Shown: one piece after another, positions 47,684 to 56,944 of the stretch | How positions within the stretch are numbered: position 1 is the stretch's first letter | How the letters are laid out: each line of letters opens with the position of its first letter | DNA from: an uncultured delta proteobacterium | Lineage (GTDB): Bacteria; Desulfobacterota; Syntrophobacteria; Syntrophobacterales; Syntrophobacteraceae | Length of the DNA: 64,000 bases | Reading direction: 5' to 3' | NCBI GenBank assembly: GCA_963826655.1 | Contig: CAWGZP010000186.1 | Coordinates: 1,078-65,077, forward strand | Notes under the pieces: generated by a model | The model's database searches: none | What the model saw: only the letters and a program-made list of their open reading frames with translations | Told to the model about the DNA's origin: nothing | Position numbers and translations under genes: made by a program

Positions 47684-49573
47684 CTAATTGTTCCTCACCA
47701 GGCGCAAGCCCAGGCCGCTGCCCCCCAGGCGGCCTCCCATGCCGTGGGAGGCGGGGTCCCATTGGCCACGGAAGGCGCAACGCACCCATGTAGCGTCGCG
47801 GAACCAGGAACCGCCCCGTAAGACCCTAAGCGAGCTGCCACTGTTGGATATGGGGTTATTGCGTTGATGTTTGTTATAAGCATTGGCGTCATACGTATCT
47901 TCACACCATTGCCATACGTTTCCGCTCATATCATATATCCCCAGGCCATTCGGGGCCTTGGAGCCAACGGGGTGGGTCGACCTTCCGCTATTTGAGTTAT
48001 ACCAGGCTACAGCTTCTATATCGTTTCCACCGGCGTACTTTTCCGCTTTCCCACCGCTTCGCGCCGCATACTCCCATTCAGCCTCGGTCGGCAGGCGGTA
48101 CGTATATCCGCTCTTGCCGTTGAGCTTCCCGATAAACTCCTTCGCATCATTCCAGGATACCGTCTCGACAGGATAGTTGTCTCCTTTCTTGAAGGCAGAA
48201 GGATTATTCCCCATAAGTTTTTGCCACTGGCCCTGGGTTACGGCGTATTTCCCAATCCAAAAACCACTCACCGTCACTTCATGTTCCGGCGATTCATTGG
48301 ATTGGCAATCGCCTGCCCACGACCCACAGCCCATCTTATACGTTCCTCCTTCCACCCATACGAATTCCATACCCGTGGCCGGATCTTTCCACTCCCGCCG
48401 TGTTGAACTCGTGGTGGCCGGTGGTGGTTTGACCTGGGTCTCGGCGGGGGGCTTTGTTGGCGGCGCCACTGCGACCCTTGCCAACGTATAGTTCATTGTC
48501 TCCTCTTTGCCGGCCTGGATTTTCACTGTGTCTTCCACACTCTCATATCCGTCGAGAACAACTCTTAACGCCACGCTGCCAGGCGAAAGCCCATTGATTG
48601 TCATGGGCGCGAGTCCTTTCTGAACACCATTTACATATAGCGTAGCTCCCGCGGGAGTGGATTTCACGTTGATCGAGCCGGTCCTTGCCGTTTCAGGCTT
48701 CGTCGGCACGGAGTCCGGACCGGGCCCGCCCGCCGTTTGGAACGACCCTTCTATCTCGACTGTCACTTTGAAAGAGAATTTTTCCGTCAGGCTATCCATT
48801 TTCCACGGGACCTGGACCCCTCCCGTTTTGGCCTGAACATCCCTGCCCACTTCCCTGAATACGTCCTCGATGTCGAGTCCCGGCTCTGTAATGATGTGGG
48901 CAAGCGATTCGGTGTAGGGACTATTTTTCCCAACGCCATCGGCCGCTGTCTTGCCGGGACCGGTCGCATAGGCAACCATGGTCCCGCTCGGCGCATCCAT
49001 AACCGCCAGGCCCGATCCCGCCCCCCTCAACCCCTTATCTCCGAAGGGATTGTTGCGGCAGGCGTCCAGAACTATGATATTGACCTTCGTTCCCGAGGCG
49101 TTCATATCGTCCAGCACATTGTCGACATTTACCAACTCATATTTGACGTCCGTCTTCGAGACCACATTGGCAGACGTTGGTATAAGATAATTCCTGCCGT
49201 CTACCTGGACCCCATGTCCGGAGTAGTAAAGGAAAGCTACTCTTTTGCCTCTCATGGCTTCCCCGAATTTCCGGATGGCATTGTCAAGCCCGGCTTTGTC
49301 CAGGTTAGTCTGAGCCTTGCCTCCCACCAGTTCGAACCCGAGGCTTTTGAGCGCATCCGCCATGACGGCGGCGTCATTGAGCGTATTCGAAAGCGGGGTG
49401 GCATTTTTATAAGCAGCGTTGCCGATTACCAGCGCCACGCGGTCCCCCGTAGATGCGGAGGTTTTGCCGTTTGGCCGTATGAGGCCCCGGTCGTCAGCAG
49501 TGGAGGAGGGTGCAAACAGCAGCCCCATGCACATTAACGCCAGAACCAAGATACTCAGTAACCTTCCGGCCAT
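47684..49573 (-). CDS. Exported caspase (peptidase C14) - PEGA - FGE-sulfatase (SUMF1-like) three-domain protein
   Basis: Signal peptide MAGRLLSILVLALMCMGLLFAPSSTA. The C14 dyad is 'YYSGHGVQ' and 'VLDACRNNPF'. PEGA region 'INVKSTPAGATLYVNGV...VVLDGYE'. FGE domain 'VTVSGFWIGKYAVTQGQW', 'RLPTEAEWEYAAR', 'GNVWQWCED' and 'RGGSW'. Confidence 0.8.
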   Translation of the reverse strand: MAGRLLSILVLALMCMGLLFAPSSTADDRGLIRPNGKTSASTGDRVALVIGNAAYKNATPLSNTLNDAAVMADALKSLGFELVGGKAQTNLDKAGLDNAIRKFGEAMRGKRVAFLYYSGHGVQVDGRNYLIPTSANVVSKTDVKYELVNVDNVLDDMNASGTKVNIIVLDACRNNPFGDKGLRGAGSGLAVMDAPSGTMVAYATGPGKTAADGVGKNSPYTESLAHIITEPGLDIEDVFREVGRDVQAKTGGVQVPWKMDSLTEKFSFKVTVEIEGSFQTAGGPGPDSVPTKPETARTGSINVKSTPAGATLYVNGVQKGLAPMTINGLSPGSVALRVVLDGYESVEDTVKIQAGKEETMNYTLARVAVAPPTKPPAETQVKPPPATTSSTRREWKDPATGMEFVWVEGGTYKMGCGSWAGDCQSNESPEHEVTVSGFWIGKYAVTQGQWQKLMGNNPSAFKKGDNYPVETVSWNDAKEFIGKLNGKSGYTYRLPTEAEWEYAARSGGKAEKYAGGNDIEAVAWYNSNSGRSTHPVGSKAPNGLGIYDMSGNVWQWCEDTYDANAYNKHQRNNPISNSGSSLRVLRGGSWFRDATWVRCAFRGQWDPASHGMGGRLGGSGLGLRLVRNN

Positions 49574-49895
49574 GGTTCTCTCCTCGTATGTTCGATTGCG
49601 TGTATGGATATGGCACAATAATGGTGAGCTTAACAGGTAAGATACAATCGGAGGGATCGGCATGTCAAAGGGATATAATCGTTGGTGGAAACCTTTGCAA
49701 AAGCGCACGATATTTTGCCTTTCTACCGGGTTCTTAAGCGTTCGCTCGATCGTAAGTGCCCTGACATGATGAAAAGGGCTTTTGGCTACATCCTTTTCTG
49801 GAGTATTATCCGAAGACGTCGACCAGTATGCATTCGATTCTTTGAAGTGATTCGGGCGGAAGTCCCTTCGGCCTGGAATTCAAAAGGAGTGGAAA

Positions 49896-50306
49896 ATGGC
49901 GAAGACTTTAAAGGTGATCCGAGTGCTTTGCATCATGGCTGCGCTTATGGGAACGGGTGCTGTCGCCGTTTTTTCTCAACCCGGCATGCTTAGCGCCAGG
50001 ATTGGAATACTAATCGATTCCGGGGAGCAATTGATTCGTGCCAGGGGACAGGAGAAGATCAAGCTCGGGGACCGGCTTCGTATCTGTGTGCAATCCGACG
50101 AAGCCTGCAATGTTTACGTAGTCCATACCGACCACAAAACGGTTACTCTATTGGGAGCGTTTGAAGCGGTGAGCCCAAATGCTCAACTGGTGCTGCCCGG
50201 GCTCTCGGATTTTTACGGAGTGGATGGGGAAAGCCCGATCGAGGCCATTACCATCATTTGCAGCGCCGTCAAACGCGATGATATTTCGGCCCTGTTCAAC
50301 TTCTAA
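49896..50306 (+). CDS. Exported DUF4384 domain protein (possibly continuing to 50517 after a frame change)
   Basis: Signal peptide MAKTLKVIRVLCIMAALMGTGAVAVFS. 'KLGDRLRICVQSDEACNVYVVHTDHKTVTLL' is DUF4384-like. The next frame stays protein-like ('KVTYKSWGPIEEKLLEQGK...ILVKRYEFNIQK*'). Confidence 0.6.
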   Translation: MAKTLKVIRVLCIMAALMGTGAVAVFSQPGMLSARIGILIDSGEQLIRARGQEKIKLGDRLRICVQSDEACNVYVVHTDHKTVTLLGAFEAVSPNAQLVLPGLSDFYGVDGESPIEAITIICSAVKRDDISALFNF

Positions 50307-50494
50307 AGTGACATACAAAAGCTGGGGCCCCATAGAAGAAAAGCTTCTCGAACAAGGGAAGATCGATCTCAGCCAGAAACCTGACAAGCCTTCTCCTATA
50401 GCCGGGAATGTGCGGGAACTTCCCGGCAGCAATAAGGATGATCTTTTTATTGGCCTTCCGATTTATAGTGGGAACACCATTCTTGTGAAGCGGT

Positions 50495-52687
50495 ATGAGT
50501 TTAATATTCAAAAGTAAGCGACTGCTCAGAATCGTCGCAGTTACGACCTTCGTCCTGATCGTGACGGTATCATCTGTCATTTTGGGCTTCGGCATCGTTT
50601 GGAATCAATATGATTTCAAGATCCTGGATCTCTTCTACCGGCAAGCGGTAAAGCATGGGCACGGGCCAGAGCAATCTCCGCTGGTGGCTATCGTCACCAT
50701 TTCGGATGCGACTTACGATTATTTCGGGAATAGTACTTTGGACCGAAGATTTGTGGCCGAAGTAAACGAAGTCCTGTCCCGGCTGGATGTGGCCGGTTGT
50801 GCCTATGACATCATTTTCGCTCGATCCGCCGATGCCGATTCCGATCTGAGGCTTGCCAAATCGATCGAAAAACTTGGTTCAGTCTGCCTGCCGATTGGCC
50901 TGACATATGCCGAAACGCCCTCGTCATTTCGATGGGAGAGGAGAGGATCGTTTGAGGAATTCCGGTCCAAAGCTCTCAGAAAACCGTTTGAGCGAGGGCA
51001 GTCAACGCCTTACTACGGCACGAAGGCCCTTATGCAATCGGACCGGTTTTCCGAAGTTGCCCACGGCTTCGGCCATATCAGCGGGTTTAGCGATCCTGAC
51101 GGAGTTAACCGGCATGCGATAATGTTGCTCAAAGTTGGCGAGGATTACCTTCCGGCTCTTAGCCTCGCAATCTTTCTGGATTATGTGAAAGTTCCTTTCG
51201 AAAAAGTCATAGTTGAGTGGGGCCGCAGGATGATCATCCCGGCCAGCCGGGAAGGTGGCCTGGAGCATGATGTCGTCATCCCGATAGACGAGCGTGGGCG
51301 CGCGTTTATTCCTTTCGCCCGGGTTTGGAAAGACTCGTTTGTGAAAATCGAATCCGAGGACCTCCTAAAATATGCCGGGTCTGAAAACCTCCTGGGAAAT
51401 CTTATCGAGATGTTTGAGGGCAGGCTGGTGTTAATCGGCGACATTTCGACCGGGGTCTCCGACCTGGGCCAGACGCCGCTTGCGAGCCAGGAGCCCCTCA
51501 TTCTGGTCCATGCTTCTTTGCTCAACGGAATGCTCACCAACAGTTTTTATGACAATTGGACTTCTAAGCGTGTGCTGGCGCTGATGTTGCTGGCCGGCGC
51601 AGTCCTTGGGTTTGCCGCATGCCTGAAATCTTCCTGGGCACTCTATGGGAGCGGCATGGCTATTTCGGCGGGAGTCACAGGGCTCACCTGGCTTGAGTTC
51701 ATCCATTTTCACCTGGTTCCGATTGCTACAGTTGGGGGCGGCATTCTTATTTTTTTCTTTGGATTGCTGGCAGCGGTCGAACTGGCGGTCGGAAAAGAGC
51801 GCTCTTTCATCAGGAACGCTTTCTCCAGATACGTTCCGGCAAAGGTGGTCGACACCCTGATTTCCAATCCCCACATGCTCAAGCTGGGCGGCGAAGAAAG
51901 AATAATTACCGTGCTCTTCAGCGATCTCGCGGATTTTACTACTATCTCGGAAAATCTGCCCCCGGCCCGGCTGGTGCATTTATTGAACCAGTACCTGACG
52001 GAGATGACCGCAATCATTTTGACTCACGGAGGAATCGTAGATAAGTTCGAAGGGGATGCCATCATGGCGGAGTTCGGAGCGCCGCTCCTCACGTCTGACC
52101 ATGCTGAAAGGGCAGTGAGAGCCGGTCTCGAGATGCAGAGACGGCTCCAGGAACTACGTCCGGCCTGGCGAAACGACGATCTTCCGGAACTCCATTGTCG
52201 AGTGGGAATCAACACAGGTTCGATGATTATCGGCAATATGGGCTCGGACCAGGTCTTTGACTATACAGTAATAGGGGATGCCGTAAACCTCGCATCCCGG
52301 CTCGAAGGTGCAAATAAGAAGTATAATACGCGTTTGATGATTTCAGAGTATACGCAGCGGGCCTTGCCGCAAGGCATCTTCCGGACTCGGTTTCTGGACG
52401 TGATTAAAGTTAAAGGTAAATCGAAGCCGGTCAGAGTCTTCGAGGTTTACGGGGAGGTATGCTCTCCGCTAACCCCGGAGGACGAGAAGTACTATGCGAC
52501 GTACCAGGAAGCTATGGAACTCTATCTTGCAAGACATTTCGACGAGGCTGGAGAAAAATTTCGGGCAGTGTTGCGCATAAGGCCTGACGATCCCGCCTCC
52601 GCAGAATTGCTAGATCGCATCGGAAACCTTCGGGGACAAGACTTGCCACAAGAGTGGGATGGATCGATCTCTTTGTCCGGTAAATAG
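50495..52687 (+). CDS. CHASE2-sensor class III adenylate cyclase
   Basis: An N-terminal TM helix is followed by an extracytoplasmic CHASE2-type region of about 300 aa and three TM helices. The cyclase domain has 'ITVLFSDLADFTTISE', 'DKFEGDAIMAEFGAP' (Lys suggests ATP), 'RVGINTGSMIIGNMGS' and 'FDYTVIGDAVNLASRLE'. Confidence 0.8.
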   Translation: MSLIFKSKRLLRIVAVTTFVLIVTVSSVILGFGIVWNQYDFKILDLFYRQAVKHGHGPEQSPLVAIVTISDATYDYFGNSTLDRRFVAEVNEVLSRLDVAGCAYDIIFARSADADSDLRLAKSIEKLGSVCLPIGLTYAETPSSFRWERRGSFEEFRSKALRKPFERGQSTPYYGTKALMQSDRFSEVAHGFGHISGFSDPDGVNRHAIMLLKVGEDYLPALSLAIFLDYVKVPFEKVIVEWGRRMIIPASREGGLEHDVVIPIDERGRAFIPFARVWKDSFVKIESEDLLKYAGSENLLGNLIEMFEGRLVLIGDISTGVSDLGQTPLASQEPLILVHASLLNGMLTNSFYDNWTSKRVLALMLLAGAVLGFAACLKSSWALYGSGMAISAGVTGLTWLEFIHFHLVPIATVGGGILIFFFGLLAAVELAVGKERSFIRNAFSRYVPAKVVDTLISNPHMLKLGGEERIITVLFSDLADFTTISENLPPARLVHLLNQYLTEMTAIILTHGGIVDKFEGDAIMAEFGAPLLTSDHAERAVRAGLEMQRRLQELRPAWRNDDLPELHCRVGINTGSMIIGNMGSDQVFDYTVIGDAVNLASRLEGANKKYNTRLMISEYTQRALPQGIFRTRFLDVIKVKGKSKPVRVFEVYGEVCSPLTPEDEKYYATYQEAMELYLARHFDEAGEKFRAVLRIRPDDPASAELLDRIGNLRGQDLPQEWDGSISLSGK

Positions 52688-52710
52688 CGAGCATGAAAAA
52701 ATGTAAGCGT

Positions 52711-52835
52711 TCACCACGGAGACTGAAGCGTAGCACATTGCAATTCGAAGCTTCTCATTCTTCGTGTTCTTCGTGATTAACACGTGCCTTGTCAACACGA
52801 AGAGCACGAAGGAGTCACGAAGAGCCCGAAGAAAG
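52711..52835. repeat. Cluster of periodic repeats including an imperfect inverted repeat
   Basis: tcaccacggagactgaagcg (52711-52730). Left arm attcttcgtgttcttcgtgattaa (52757-52780) faces cacgaagagcacgaaggagtcacgaagagcccgaagaaag (52796-52835). Confidence 0.75.
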
Positions 52836-53101
52836 GGACCAAGAGAATAGTAGTAGGAAGGGAGAAAGCCTCAATTCCCGGGACGCGAACCGGAGCCGGT
52901 TCAGGAATAAGAAGAGCACGAAGCAAGTACCCCTCCCGCGGCAGGTATATACATGTATAGGAGGGGCTGGTCAAATCGAGCCGGTGCCCATATCCAATGG
53001 TTGGCAAGAAACAAGCGCCAACTAAGAGCTTTGACTTCCGCGATTTCCAAGAGTTACGAGCCATGATCGGCAAGACCTGATTCCGAGTCCTGCCGGGATC
53101 G

Positions 53102-53683
53102 ATGCCATTATGGCTTTTAAGGAGGAACGGTATGGAAATGGAAATTCAAAAGATTTTGGAAACCGTGGGCACTATCCCCGGTCAAGGCGGTTTGCTGGAG
53201 CAATTCGATAAGCGGTTGCGGAAATTACAAAGGCGGGTGATGTTTCAGCTTCTCGATGGCATAAGCAAAGAAGAAGTCGAAGGTTTGCCGGTCATGCTCT
53301 ATAAAACCGTTTTAATAGACGGGAATCGAAGGCCCGCCTTGTTTCGCTTCTATTTGCCTACATGGCGGGGGTACGATGAAGTTTTTTGGCAAGCCCTTGG
53401 CGACTACGCCATACTGGCGCTGCATCGTGTGAAAGATTTGGAATATAACAGCGCCACAGGGAAATTCAAAGTTGAGTATTTCGTCAGGACATCGGGAAGG
53501 ATAAGAAGCCCGGAAGAAATTCGTGGAATTATCCAGAAGATCGCCTTCCTGGTGGATAACGAGACCTTGCCTACGGATTTTACGCGTTTTCGAAGCATGG
53601 CTGAAAGAAGAGGGCAAATCGGAGATTTGAGCAAAGAGGAAGCTGCGGCAATCGGCGCGCTGCTCAAATTTTTACCGATATGA
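53102..53683 (+). CDS. Hypothetical protein
   Basis: 193-aa ORF with balanced composition. I recognise no motif. The start is uncertain (M at 53102, 53132 or 53138). Confidence 0.4.
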   Translation: MPLWLLRRNGMEMEIQKILETVGTIPGQGGLLEQFDKRLRKLQRRVMFQLLDGISKEEVEGLPVMLYKTVLIDGNRRPALFRFYLPTWRGYDEVFWQALGDYAILALHRVKDLEYNSATGKFKVEYFVRTSGRIRSPEEIRGIIQKIAFLVDNETLPTDFTRFRSMAERRGQIGDLSKEEAAAIGALLKFLPI

Positions 53684-54040
53684 GAGGTCAAGTTTTCAAT
53701 CACTGGTAAGCGTCGGCTTAAAACCCAAATTCGCCCGAAGTGTGCCTGATCGAAAAAAGGCGTTGACACAGCATAAAGTTGGGTATACCTAATTATATTG
53801 AATATCCAGGGTGAAACCGAAGCGCCGAAAATTGAACACAGGAGGAACAAGTCGCTCGCTACCGCGCTGGGAGTGAGAATTGAAAGTGGCGTTAGGCTGT
53901 GCGATAAATGTTAGTCGGCCCTAATTTTATAAATGCCCAAGGTTCAAGTATCGAGTGCGCGTGAGCTGCGCAGGCGATTTTTCCGAAGTGAGGGTGAAGT
54001 TCCTTTGTAAGCGCTTTTTTTTCTGACGAGGTTTTTACTT

Positions 54041-54283
54041 ATGTTGCTCATTCTTCCTTTACGTAAAATGGCAAAAGGACAGAGGGGAATCATTCATCGC
54101 GTTACCGCGTCGGGCGAACTCGGGCGCCGCATTCGGGACATGGGCCTGGTCCCGGGTACCCCGTTTTGGGTGCAGGGCCGCGCGCCGCTCAATGACCCGG
54201 TGGCAATTAGACTCAGAAATTTTACTCTGACTCTTCGCAACAGCGAATCCGATTTTATCGAGGCCGAGGTGGAAGAAGTTTAA
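54041..54283 (+). CDS. feoA: Ferrous iron transport protein A
   Basis: 80 aa with 'LRKMAKGQRGIIHRV...LGRRIRDMGLVPGTPFWVQGRAPLNDPVAI'. Its stop overlaps the feoB start. Confidence 0.85.
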   Translation: MLLILPLRKMAKGQRGIIHRVTASGELGRRIRDMGLVPGTPFWVQGRAPLNDPVAIRLRNFTLTLRNSESDFIEAEVEEV

Positions 54284-56574
54284 TGAACCATGTGCGAGAA
54301 AACCTGATCGCGCTGGCAGGGAACCCGAACTGTGGGAAGTCGACCCTTTTCAACGCAATCACGGGCGCTCGGCAGCATGTTGGCAACTACCCCGGAATAA
54401 CGGTCGAAAAGAAAGAAGGTTTCTGCCAGGTAAACGGCAGGCAAATCGAGTTGGTCGACCTGCCGGGCACATATTCACTCACAGCCTATTCGATCGAAGA
54501 ACTCGTCGCCCGCAATTTTCTCATCGAGGACCGCCCCAGCACGGTTATAAACATTGTAGATGCATCAAACCTCGAACGAAATCTCTATCTTACGGTCCAG
54601 TTGCTCGAACTCGGCATTCCGGTTCTCATAGCCTTGAACATGGTCGATATGGCCACCGCCAGGGGCTTGGTGATCAACTGTGAAGAACTGGGGCGGAGGT
54701 TGCGGGTGCCGGTTTTGCCAACGGTTGCTCGTACGGGCAAAGGAAAAGAAAACCTGCTTGAGGCCGCAGTGGAACAGGCGCAAAAAGATGCGGTCTGGGA
54801 GCCCCTCCACATTTCCTACGGGCCCGATATCGACCCCGTACTCGAGAAAATGCAGGCGCAAATTCAGAGTGCCGCTTTTTTGACGGAATCGCATCCATCC
54901 AGGTGGACAGCTCTGAAATATCTTGAAGCGGACGAGGAGGTTATCCGAAAGGGCAAGGCAGAGAACCCGGTGCTTTCCGGCAAACTCAAGGAGTTCGCCG
55001 AGCAGGTATCACAGCATCTCCAGAATACTCTGGACAGCTACCCCGAAGCCATTATAGCCGATTACCGCTATGGCTTCATCTCCGCCCTGCTAAAGGAAGG
55101 TGTCGTGAAGCGGGGCCACAAGGCCGACCGGCTCTACCTTTCGGACCAACTCGACCGGGTGCTCACCAACCGTTTCTTCGGCCCCGTCCTCATGATGCTG
55201 ATAATTTACGGCGTCTATAAATTCACTTTCACGTACAGCAAGGCGCCGATAGGGTGGCTGGAAGCAGGCTTTACGGCTCTTGGAAGATTTGCGGATTCCT
55301 CTTTGCCGCCCGGACCTCTCAAATCGCTTATCGTATCGGGCGTGATCGACGGAGTGGGCGGGGTCCTCGGGTTTGTGCCGCTGATCCTGTTCATGTTTTT
55401 TGCCATCGCTTTTCTGGAGGACACGGGATACCTGGCGCGAGTGGCCTATATGCTCGACCGCATTTTCAGGACTTTTGGCCTCCACGGCAGCTCGGTCATG
55501 GCCTACATAATTTCGGGGGGAATCGCGGGCGGCTGCGCCGTTCCCGGAGTGCTTGCCACGAGGACGCTCAGAAGCTCGCGCGAGCGGCTTGCCACACTCA
55601 TCACCGCGCCTTTCATGAACTGCGGGGCAAAGTTGCCTGTCTTTGCGATGCTTATCGCCGCGTTTTTCGCTGAAAAAGAGGCGCAGATCATGTTCGCTCT
55701 GACCATCCTGTCATGGGTGGCCGCCCTGCTGATCGCAAAGCTGATCCGCTCGACCATATTGCGGGGGCCGAGCACACCTTTTTTGCTGGAACTGCCTCCA
55801 TACCGCCTTCCGACCTTCAAGGGGCTACTCATTCACACCTGGGAGCGGGCATGGCAGTACATCTGCAAGGCCGGGACGGTCATTCTCGGCATTTCCGTCG
55901 TCTTCTGGGCCTTGATGTCCTTCCCCGGACTCCCGCAAAGCGAGAAAAAAATCTATGATGAGGAGAGAGCCTCGATCGTGGCCGAGGCGCCTCAGGCACT
56001 CAGAGAGTCGCTGTTGAATCCCAAAATCTCCGAGAGCACCCTAAAGTCTCTTGAGAGCACCCCAAAGTCCGTTGAGATAAGCCCCGGGGATTCCGAGATC
56101 GCCCCAAATCTCCAAACCGATGCATACCGGCTCCGGCTTCAGAAGGTTGATTACAGGGAGGCCGAGGCGGCACTGAAAAATTCGATCGCAGGCCGAATAG
56201 GCTCCGGCCTTACGGTGATCAGTACTTTGAATGGATTCGACTGGCGCACCAATGTCGCCCTGCTCTCCGGGGTTGCGGCCAAAGAGGTCATTATCTCGAC
56301 GATGGGTACGGCTTACTCGCTTGGGCAATCCAGAAGAGGGGAAAAGATACCTCTGAGCGAACGAATAAGGGCTGATGCGTCATGGAGCCCACTAAAAGCG
56401 CTTTCACTGATTATTTTTATTATGTTGTACGCGCCCTGTTTCGCAACGATAACTTGCATTATCCGTGAATCGACATGGAAATGGGGGCTTTTTTCGATGG
56501 TGTTCAACACCACCATAGCGTTCCTCGTATCCGCGCTCGTTTACCGCGGCGGGTTGTGGCTTGGACTGGGGTGA
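54283..56574 (+). CDS. feoB: Ferrous iron transporter FeoB
   Basis: G-domain 'IALAGNPNCGKSTLFN', 'DLPGTYSL' and 'ALNMVD', followed by a long polytopic membrane domain. Confidence 0.9.
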   Translation: MNHVRENLIALAGNPNCGKSTLFNAITGARQHVGNYPGITVEKKEGFCQVNGRQIELVDLPGTYSLTAYSIEELVARNFLIEDRPSTVINIVDASNLERNLYLTVQLLELGIPVLIALNMVDMATARGLVINCEELGRRLRVPVLPTVARTGKGKENLLEAAVEQAQKDAVWEPLHISYGPDIDPVLEKMQAQIQSAAFLTESHPSRWTALKYLEADEEVIRKGKAENPVLSGKLKEFAEQVSQHLQNTLDSYPEAIIADYRYGFISALLKEGVVKRGHKADRLYLSDQLDRVLTNRFFGPVLMMLIIYGVYKFTFTYSKAPIGWLEAGFTALGRFADSSLPPGPLKSLIVSGVIDGVGGVLGFVPLILFMFFAIAFLEDTGYLARVAYMLDRIFRTFGLHGSSVMAYIISGGIAGGCAVPGVLATRTLRSSRERLATLITAPFMNCGAKLPVFAMLIAAFFAEKEAQIMFALTILSWVAALLIAKLIRSTILRGPSTPFLLELPPYRLPTFKGLLIHTWERAWQYICKAGTVILGISVVFWALMSFPGLPQSEKKIYDEERASIVAEAPQALRESLLNPKISESTLKSLESTPKSVEISPGDSEIAPNLQTDAYRLRLQKVDYREAEAALKNSIAGRIGSGLTVISTLNGFDWRTNVALLSGVAAKEVIISTMGTAYSLGQSRRGEKIPLSERIRADASWSPLKALSLIIFIMLYAPCFATITCIIRESTWKWGLFSMVFNTTIAFLVSALVYRGGLWLGLG

Positions 56575-56716
56575 ACCCGGCGAAAGAGAAGGGGTAATGC
56601 AGCGACGGGGTCCGGCGAAGAGACGCAGGGCGCCGAGGTAGAGCCGGTTCGCGGCTCAAGAGTTTTTCTGCGGTTTTGTTTTGCGCCTACTCGGCGAGTG
56701 CGCAGGAGGTTTCGCA

Positions 56717-56944
56717 ATGTGGCAAACCGGAATTACGCTGCTAATCGTAGCCGGGGTCCTGGTGTACCTGATAAGACACTTTACCAGGGTCTACCGATCT
56801 GAGTCCTGCGCGTGCTCATCGTGCTCGGCCGGCTGCGCCGGGCATGGAAATAATGGAGCGACCGCAGGGACTGTTGATTGCGAATGCCCGGCGCCCCCAT
56901 CGAATGAGCAAACTTCTGAGGGCGGGAGGTCCGATCTGCAATGA
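56717..56944 (+). CDS. FeoB-associated Cys-rich membrane protein
   Basis: One TM helix 'ITLLIVAGVLVYLI' followed by 'CACSSCSAGCAGHG'. ATG 56717 is preceded by AGGAGG. It lies immediately after feoB. Confidence 0.6.
   Translation: MWQTGITLLIVAGVLVYLIRHFTRVYRSESCACSSCSAGCAGHGNNGATAGTVDCECPAPPSNEQTSEGGRSDLQ

Noticed and set aside
47684-47850. The C-terminal end of the FGE domain ('RGGSWFRDATWVRCAFRGQWDPASHGMGGRLGGSGLGLRLV') looked like a diversified DGR variable region
   Set aside because: No template repeat resembling this segment and no reverse transcriptase ORF (no YxDD-type motif) occur in the window. A DGR elsewhere in the genome cannot be excluded.
48737-49537. 266-aa plus-strand ORF antisense to the caspase gene
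   Set aside because: The minus strand encodes intact C14, PEGA and FGE domains. The plus-strand ORF is a shadow.
53780-53810. AT-rich segment taattatattgaatat upstream of feoA as a Fur box
   Set aside because: It matches the GATAATGATAATCATTATC consensus only weakly and has no clear dyad symmetry.
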